Shown here piece by piece: positions 57,687 to 64,000 of a stretch of 64,000 bases of DNA. Each line of letters opens with the position of its first letter. Position 1 is the first letter of the stretch. Below the pieces are notes generated by a model. That model saw only the letters and a program-made list of their open reading frames with translations. It did no database searches and was not told the DNA's origin. A program made the position numbers and the translations under genes. Source of the stretch: Candidatus Sulfomarinibacteraceae bacterium (GTDB lineage Bacteria > Acidobacteriota > Thermoanaerobaculia > Thermoanaerobaculales > Sulfomarinibacteraceae); assembly GCA_963796455.1 (NCBI GenBank), contig CAWCLO010000004.1:544001-608000 (forward strand). Reading direction: 5' to 3'.

Positions 57687-58481
57687 TCAGGGTTGGAACG
57701 CGGCCTGGATCATATCGTAGGGACCGCTGCTGCCATCCGGTTGGTAATCCACCAGCACCACCGAGTGCAGCTTGTTCCAATCGACGGTCATGCCGGACAG
57801 ATCCACCACCAGGTTGAAAGTGTCGGTGGCGCCGTCGGCCAACGAAGCAATGCTGTCCCAGGAAGCCTCACGGACGTAGCGATCGGTCACCCTGGCAATA
57901 CCGTCCGGAGAATCCTCGAAGGCAATGGCGTGCACCTTGGCGCGGTTTGCGGTCGACAGAGTCACTCCGGTTTTGTTGGTGACCTGGATCGTGAATTCGA
58001 AGGTGTCGTCGACTCGCTGTCTTTGCACCGTGATCGCACCTTCAGGCGCGCGGGCGAGGGCGGTCTCGACGAGCGCGCGGTAGTCCGTGCTGTAGTCGGT
58101 GGGCCCCATCGACCACAGATTTCCGCTGTCGAGAATGATCAGGGGAAAAGCGTAACTCGAACCCGGAATGGCGTAATAGACCCTCGAAAGGCGGTCGCCT
58201 CGCGAGTCGTAATAGTAGTTCTCGAGAAACACAATCGGCTGCTGCGTGTAGTCCGAGGAGATATGGTCGACCACCGGACCGGCGGCCTGGCAGTGGCCTC
58301 AGCCGGGGTTGTAAAAACCCTCGAAGACCACAAATCGGGTCGGCTGCTCCCAGGGTGTGGTTGCCCCGCTTTCGAAGCCATCGCTGAAAATGGCGTTGAT
58401 GCCGGCGGGCACAGGCCCCACGGCAAGCATGGCCGCGAGCAGAATAGGCGCGATTCGAAGAAAAGACGGCATCAGCGTCAT
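57687..58481 (-). CDS. Candidate exported selenoprotein: Omp28-like thioredoxin fold (UGHC) plus beta-sandwich domain; in-frame TGA at 58301-58299
   Basis: Two track ORFs (58299-58550 and 57687-58274) are in one frame separated only by TGA; read-through gives VVFEGFYNPG-U-GHC; SECIS-like hairpin follows. Confidence 0.85.
58269..58287 (-). promoter_or_regulatory. Putative bacterial SECIS element
   Basis: GGCCGCCG-GUC-CGGUGGUC stem-loop starting 12 nt after the UGA; G-initiated loop about 20 nt downstream. Confidence 0.68.
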
Positions 58482-58779
58482 CCTGCGAGGCCCGCTCGGT
58501 AATTCGGAAGATATTCTGGTCTGACTAACTACAGTGTTGATGGAAGTCATATCTCAATTCTAGTTGATGGATCGACACTGTCTGTGACGGGGATCAGCCC
58601 CGACTTCGAAATCTGGAGGGCGGGGAGGGGTGCCAAGTATCGCGATGTCAGCCGTGGGCATTCTTTCTGGTCGTTCCGACAGCGACGCATTCGGCGAAAC
58701 AAATGCCGGTTTTGAACGTACTAAAATTTTAGTAGCGCGTGGGCGGGACCTTCTCGAGGGTGCTCAAACGGAGGTGTTG

Positions 58780-59634
58780 ATGAAGTATTGCGCCGGCCTC
58801 ATTGTCGGGATCGCTGCGCTGTCCTTCGGGTACGCGACGGCCGGCCAACCGGCAATTGTCATCTACGTCGCCAACGAAGGTTTTTTGATCGAGGTGGGCT
58901 CTCGAAAAATCCTGATCGATGCCATCTTCGATGACCAATCGATTACATACGCCCACGTTCCGGACGAAGAGACGCTCAACCTGATGAAGGCTTCAAAGGA
59001 CCCCTTCGACGAGATCGATCTCGTGCTGGCCACGCACTCGCACCGGGATCATTTCAGCGTCGCACCGATGCTGGAGCATCTCGATGGGAATCCTTCAGGT
59101 GTGTTGATCGGTCCGCCGCAGGTTGTGGGGTCTCTGAAGGCCTCCGTGCCGGAGGGCGAGAGTGCCGGCATCACGGCTCGAGAGATCGATCTCGATCTCT
59201 TCGAGTCCGCAGATCTCGAGATCGACGGGATTCGGGTCCGGGCCATCCGGCTCCGCCACTCCGCTTACATGGAGACTGATAAGGAAACCGGGGAGCAGTT
59301 CAATCGCCACGAAGGAGTCGAAAACCTGGTCTATTTGATTGAAATCGACGGCTTCACAATGCTCCACGTCGGAGATGCCGTTCTGTCTCAGAACCTCGAG
59401 CTCTTCTCGGATGGCCGATTCGAGAACGAAAAGATCGACATTGTATTCCTGGAGTTCTTCGACTGGTCTGATGAAACAAAGGCTGTTCTGGATCGGTGGA
59501 TGACGCCCGATGACATTGTCTTCATGCATCTTCCCCCGGACCCCGAGAAGATCCTCAAGATCGAAGCGCGCCTTCTCCAGCAGTTTCCCAACGCCGTGGT
59601 GTTTGCGGAGCCGATGGAAGAGAAGGCGCTCTAG
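58780..59634 (+). CDS. Exported MBL-fold metallo-hydrolase
   Basis: YVANEGFLI, THSHRDH, HVGD and FMH motifs; RBS GGAGG. Confidence 0.87.
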   Translation: MKYCAGLIVGIAALSFGYATAGQPAIVIYVANEGFLIEVGSRKILIDAIFDDQSITYAHVPDEETLNLMKASKDPFDEIDLVLATHSHRDHFSVAPMLEHLDGNPSGVLIGPPQVVGSLKASVPEGESAGITAREIDLDLFESADLEIDGIRVRAIRLRHSAYMETDKETGEQFNRHEGVENLVYLIEIDGFTMLHVGDAVLSQNLELFSDGRFENEKIDIVFLEFFDWSDETKAVLDRWMTPDDIVFMHLPPDPEKILKIEARLLQQFPNAVVFAEPMEEKAL

Positions 59635-59761
59635 GGTCGATGCTCATTTCCCAATCGGGGTTTTCGGGCGGCCACGTATCACATTGCCACGTCAGCGGAC
59701 ACAACGTCGTTGAGTTGCCCATCGGACCGAAGGATCCCGTGGTGAGTCGCATCCCTGAGTG

Positions 59762-60547
59762 CTAGTCACTGGCTTCGAGGCGTTGGATCTCCTCATTGAT
59801 GAGTTCTCTAGAGCGCTCGTCTGACCAGGGTTCTTCAATATGCTCAACCTTCGGATCCGGTGTTCCTGCTTCGTCAGATTTCGCGAAAATCAGAGGGGTC
59901 AGGAATGTGGGTTCGATGAGATTCGAAGAATACCAGCTCTTGAACTCTTCTGCAGTCCGCGCGTGGTATACATTCCTCCACTTGTCGAGGGTGATGTCAA
60001 AAAATACTGGACGGTCGAGTTTGATGTGTTCGTTTGAAATTCGATCATCAAAATAGGTCATCCGAACTTCGAGGAAGATCCAGATGTCCGCCGCCACGAG
60101 GCGCATCTCGCCGCCAGTGTACTTTTCAAAATGGGCGACGAATTGAGGCTGAGCGGTCCCCGATTCGTCGTGGAACTGAAACATCAACATTTCGCGTGAA
60201 TCGCAATAGAAATCTGCGAACGATGTTAGGGGTTTCACGTCATACTTCTCGAAGCTGTCCAGGAATGCCTTTTCTGAATACACCGTGCGACCGTTGACGC
60301 CCCCAAAAACTTTACATCCTGAGACGAACGAAGTGGCCGAATGAGCTTGCCCGTCACGATCGAACAACCTTTTCCTGATCTCGAGAAACGGCCATGGAAG
60401 ACCATCTGCGAGGTATTCGTGCCAAATGAAGGAATAGGTGATATTTGCACCGCTGGTCACTCGCAACATCCCGTCGGCGTGCATGAAGACATCATCGACG
60501 TAATCCGATCTCGAATACGTACTCGGCGGTCCATCCAGAATGGGCAT
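59762..60547 (-). CDS. Hypothetical protein, lower GC than its neighbours
   Basis: 261-aa ORF with RBS GGAGG before ATG 60547; no motif recognised. Confidence 0.6.
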   Translation of the reverse strand: MPILDGPPSTYSRSDYVDDVFMHADGMLRVTSGANITYSFIWHEYLADGLPWPFLEIRKRLFDRDGQAHSATSFVSGCKVFGGVNGRTVYSEKAFLDSFEKYDVKPLTSFADFYCDSREMLMFQFHDESGTAQPQFVAHFEKYTGGEMRLVAADIWIFLEVRMTYFDDRISNEHIKLDRPVFFDITLDKWRNVYHARTAEEFKSWYSSNLIEPTFLTPLIFAKSDEAGTPDPKVEHIEEPWSDERSRELINEEIQRLEASD

Positions 60548-60789
60548 TCCCACCTCCACTTCTCTTTCCCAGGGCGAATTCAGATCTCGCCGCTGTAACA
60601 ATCAGGAGTTCCTTTTCATAATAGCGTGGGGTGCCACTTGCACGGAGCGTGGGCACCGTCGTGACGTCCATGCCTGAAAGAGTGGAGGCCTTGCATGAGG
60701 GAACACTTCGCCCCAGTGTTTTGTTATTCGGGAAAACATCGACAAACGGCGGCACCTTGAATCACGATTCTGAATTTGATGAAACCCTG

Positions 60790-62097
60790 ATGGAGAGACA
60801 GCGACCGGTTGCCGGGATCGCATGGGGAGTCACCCTTTGTCTGATCCTCCTTGCTGGACAGGCCCATGCGCACGTGGCTCTCGACTCCCCCAACGGGGGG
60901 GAAATGCTCGAAGCCGGATCCGTTGCTCAGATTGTCTGGCACGATGTGGTGGCGCATGGACCGGCGGACTACGATCTCTGGTACTCAACGACTGGTCCGG
61001 ATGGTCCCTGGATCGCCATCGCGAGTGATCTTCCACCATCAGGATCTGAGAACACCTCATACGATTGGGTGGTTCCCGCTTCACCGTCCGACCGGGTTCG
61101 TCTCCGGGTGCGACAGGACAACGCCGACGAGGACTATCTGGACATCAGTGATTCGGACCTGGCGATCGTCAGTTTTCTGGCGGGTCAATCGGTCGAACTC
61201 GAAGCCGCGAAAGATGCCACGATTTATGAAGAGGAAAACGGCACTCCTGCGAACGGCTCTGGCAGTTACCTTTTCACCGGCCGCGCTGCGACACAAAATG
61301 CTTCGGCCGAACGGCGGGCATTGCTCGCGTTCCCGATCTCTCAGTCGATTCCCGAGGGTTCGACAATCACTTCAGTGAGCCTCGAGTTGACCATGTCGCG
61401 GACCATCTCGGGAGGCCAGACAGTGACGCTTCACCGGCTGCTCGAGGATTGGGGTGAGGGTCCATCAGATCCACCTGGGCAAGAGGGGGCAGGCGCAACG
61501 GCGGCGGCGGGCGACGCCACCTGGATGCATCGAGTGTTCTCGGAAACCCTCTGGTCGACACCCGGGTCCTCATTCGCGCAAACGGCGAGCGCTGAGTTGC
61601 AGGTCGCCGGCACGGGCAGTTACACATTTTCGAACAATCCTGAGCTGGTTGCCGACGTCCAACAGTGGCTTGACGAAGCTTCCAGCAATTTCGGTTGGGT
61701 GCTCGTGATCGACTCGCCCTTTTCAGGCAGTGCGAAGCGTTTCAACAGCCGGGAAAACGGCACGGCATCCAGCCGTCCAAAGCTGACCATTCGATATGAA
61801 TCCGATCTCAAGCAACCAACCGCCGGTTTCGGTTTCGCTCCAGCCAGCCCGCAACCCGGTGAAGAGGTGCGTTTCAGCGACGAATCGACTGGTGCACCGA
61901 CGAGCTGGCTCTGGGACTTCGGAGACGGTCAGACCAGCGAACAACAAAACCCGGTTCACACCTACCCGACCTCTGGAAGCCGGACCGTGACCCTCGTGGT
62001 GAGCAACGATTCCGGTACGGACTCCGTTGCTAAAGAGGTGAACATTGGCGGTTCTCCGGTGCGCCGGCCTTCGCGGCGAGTGGTGCCCATTCGTTGA
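60790..62097 (+). CDS. Secreted multidomain protein: Ig-like, DNRLRE-like and PKD domains with Arg-rich tail
   Basis: Signal peptide (AHA); SPNGGE; DATIYEE..RRALLAF..RPKLTI; PTSWLWDFGDG..NPVHTY; ends RRPSRRVVPIR. Confidence 0.85.
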   Translation: MERQRPVAGIAWGVTLCLILLAGQAHAHVALDSPNGGEMLEAGSVAQIVWHDVVAHGPADYDLWYSTTGPDGPWIAIASDLPPSGSENTSYDWVVPASPSDRVRLRVRQDNADEDYLDISDSDLAIVSFLAGQSVELEAAKDATIYEEENGTPANGSGSYLFTGRAATQNASAERRALLAFPISQSIPEGSTITSVSLELTMSRTISGGQTVTLHRLLEDWGEGPSDPPGQEGAGATAAAGDATWMHRVFSETLWSTPGSSFAQTASAELQVAGTGSYTFSNNPELVADVQQWLDEASSNFGWVLVIDSPFSGSAKRFNSRENGTASSRPKLTIRYESDLKQPTAGFGFAPASPQPGEEVRFSDESTGAPTSWLWDFGDGQTSEQQNPVHTYPTSGSRTVTLVVSNDSGTDSVAKEVNIGGSPVRRPSRRVVPIR

Positions 62098-62259
62098 CCT
62101 CCAGGGATCCACCCACGAGGTGGAACCTTGCAATGCTCCGGTCGTCCCGCCATAGGCCATTACTTGAAGCCTGTTGCGCCCTCACTTCGGGACGCGTGTT
62201 ACGGGGCAAATTTCGCCGGACCCATTTGTGTGTTCCGGTTCTCCGGTGGGCCAGAGAAT

Positions 62260-62712
62260 CTAGCCCTCGGTCAAGAAGCCGTTCTTTGCTGCGGCTTTGT
62301 GCGCGCCTTCGATCCACACCGTGTTCAGTTGCTGTACAACGAAGCTGCCCGAATACTGCTCCTTGAAGTAAATGTGAGCCTCCGGTGCAAAGGTATTCGT
62401 TCGGACATCCCGGATGATCCACTTGTATACGTATATCTGACGTTTGTGCAGCGGATCCCGTGACAGCACATAAGGTGTGCCGAGAAGGTCGATCACCTCG
62501 GCTTGCGTTTTGCCGACGACCAACTCCTGCAGGTATTTCTTTGTGTAGAACCGATTGCCGGGCGAGGAGGGGGCCGCAATATTGATGCTATGCGCCAGCG
62601 CCAACCCGAACACCAAAAGGAATCCGAAGAATGCATACCATCCGGGCATCCTCGACAGAGGGCCCCGAGACCGGTGGCTGCCTACGAAGATTTCTGAGAC
62701 CATGTAATGCAT
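62260..62712 (-). CDS. Hypothetical membrane-anchored protein with SmpA/BamE-like motif
   Basis: TM segment followed by GKTQAEVIDLLGTP; start uncertain. Confidence 0.5.
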   Translation of the reverse strand: MHYMVSEIFVGSHRSRGPLSRMPGWYAFFGFLLVFGLALAHSINIAAPSSPGNRFYTKKYLQELVVGKTQAEVIDLLGTPYVLSRDPLHKRQIYVYKWIIRDVRTNTFAPEAHIYFKEQYSGSFVVQQLNTVWIEGAHKAAAKNGFLTEG

Positions 62713-62791
62713 ATCGGCGAAGTTAATCGTATCAACTGGGCTGAATCAACTTCGTGAGGCTGATCACACGGGCATCAATTGAGTCGAGACG

Positions 62792-62825
62792 AAGAAAAGG
62801 GTTGCCACCCGGGAGGGTGGCAACC
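62792..62825 (-). terminator. Intrinsic terminator after the lactonase-like gene
   Basis: GGTTGCCACCC-4 nt-GGGTGGCAACC then CTTTTCTT on the - strand. Confidence 0.8.
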
Positions 62826-62838
62826 ATGAGATCACTAT

Positions 62839-63993
62839 CTATTGCCACTCGCCGGTGTCGCCTTCCTCGAAACCGTCCTGGAAGATCCCAACGTTAAACA
62901 CGGCAAGAGTATCTTCAACGCAACCCACGTACAGTGAACTGCTGGTTGGATCGAGAGCCAGGGAGTACGGCCCGTCCAACCCGGTGACGCCGTCGGCTCC
63001 ATTTGTTGCCGTGTAGTCGAGGGTGAGTTCGCCGGTGTTGAGATTCCTGTCGAACACGGACAGTGTGTCCCCGGTCTCGCTCACCGCATAGATCCGCTTT
63101 CCGGTGCGATCGATGGCAAGTTTCCGGGAAAAGGTGAGAAAGTGATCTTCGACGTAAGTCAGGAGACCGGTCCCGGCATCACGGGAAAAAACCCCGACAT
63201 AGGATCCGCTTGTGTAGATGTGATTTCCAGCGGGGTCGCCGGTCACATTGTAGAGACCGAATAGACCGCTCACTCCGTCGACTCCTTCCACCACTTGGCC
63301 GAGCCAGGTCAGAGCACCTGTGGAGGAGTCGCGGGAAAAGATCGCGATCGCGTCATCGTCGGCGCCGGCGACATAGACGTGGCCGCCATCGGGGGCCACG
63401 AAGACGCCCCGGGGGTTGGCGATTCCGTCGACCCCGTCCACTCCATCGAAGTGCACCTCGACAAAAGTCAGCACACCGGTTGTCGGTTCGCGAGAAAAGA
63501 CCGCCAGCCCGTCATCGTTGGCGCCGCCCGCATAAACGTGTTTCCCGTCGGCGCTGATGGCAATTGCAACCGTCAATTCGAGGCCGTCGATGTTGCCGGA
63601 ACCATCGATGTACTCGTCCACGTAGGTGAGCGCACCGGTTCCCAGGTGGCGGGAGTAAACCACAATTGAGTCGTCGTATCCGGTTGATATGTAGAGGTGG
63701 GTGTTGTCGGGTGAAAGGACCGCGTCCCCGACATAGCCGACATCCGCCAGGGTATCGACCCAGGTCAGGGCGCCGGTGGAGGGGTCGCGGCTCAGGGTCG
63801 TGACAGCGCCGGTCCACACGCCGGCAATGACAAACCCCCCGTTCGAGGAGGTCAGGACCGCCCTCACGTCCGGATAATACGTCGCATCTTCGTGGTGCTC
63901 GAGAAAGGACACGAACCCGCCGGCCCACACACCGCCGGAAATGAGACATAGCGCGAAAAGTACCAACAGGAAAGTTGTTCTCTTGGGTTCCAC
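62839..63993 (-). CDS. Secreted lactonase-like beta-propeller protein with C-terminal FxDGFE peptide
   Basis: Signal peptide; repeated SPDG/SADG-HVY...FSRD..TGALT blades; ends IFQDGFEEGDTGEWQ. Confidence 0.88.
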   Translation of the reverse strand: MEPKRTTFLLVLFALCLISGGVWAGGFVSFLEHHEDATYYPDVRAVLTSSNGGFVIAGVWTGAVTTLSRDPSTGALTWVDTLADVGYVGDAVLSPDNTHLYISTGYDDSIVVYSRHLGTGALTYVDEYIDGSGNIDGLELTVAIAISADGKHVYAGGANDDGLAVFSREPTTGVLTFVEVHFDGVDGVDGIANPRGVFVAPDGGHVYVAGADDDAIAIFSRDSSTGALTWLGQVVEGVDGVSGLFGLYNVTGDPAGNHIYTSGSYVGVFSRDAGTGLLTYVEDHFLTFSRKLAIDRTGKRIYAVSETGDTLSVFDRNLNTGELTLDYTATNGADGVTGLDGPYSLALDPTSSSLYVGCVEDTLAVFNVGIFQDGFEEGDTGEWQ

Positions 63994-64000
63994 GTGCTCC

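Noticed and set aside
60602..60604. In-frame TGA joining ORFs 60602-60823 and 59762-60601 as a second Sec candidate
   Set aside because: No redox motif around the codon, the upstream ORF looks non-coding and overlaps the opposite gene start, and the downstream gene has its own RBS and ATG at 60547
1..64000. CRISPR array, integron cassette array, IS element, prophage, tRNA or rRNA
   Set aside because: No regularly spaced repeats, no attC-like sites recognised, no transposase, integrase or phage genes, and no structured RNA gene recognised by eye

Overview
GC-rich bacterial genomic window. The gene content (Oar-type TonB receptor, Hanks kinase fusions, PadR plus permease-prefix pair, many exported proteins) suggests an Acidobacteriota, Thermoanaerobaculia-like genome; this is inference. 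It is an accessory region of about 50 mostly unlinked genes: exported peptidases and hydrolases, transporters, regulators (ECF sigma/anti-sigma, PadR, TetR, two Ser/Thr kinases) and several unannotated secreted proteins. I see no rRNA, tRNA, CRISPR array, transposase, integrase or reverse transcriptase. Main results: (1) a hidden exported selenoprotein candidate at 57687-58481 (-), where an in-frame TGA forms a U-G-H-C thioredoxin motif followed by a SECIS-like hairpin; (2) a fixed-spacing 14-aa peptide [IV]FxD[GT]FExxxxxxW in five unrelated signal-peptide proteins, at N-terminal, internal and C-terminal positions, a candidate sorting or docking tag; (3) several orphan gene remnants at gene junctions; (4) duplicated DUF3303-like genes flanking a frameshift-dense segment; (5) readable operator/promoter pairs for the ECF, PadR and TetR modules; (6) REP-like repeats. 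All family assignments are by eye from motifs, without database searches.
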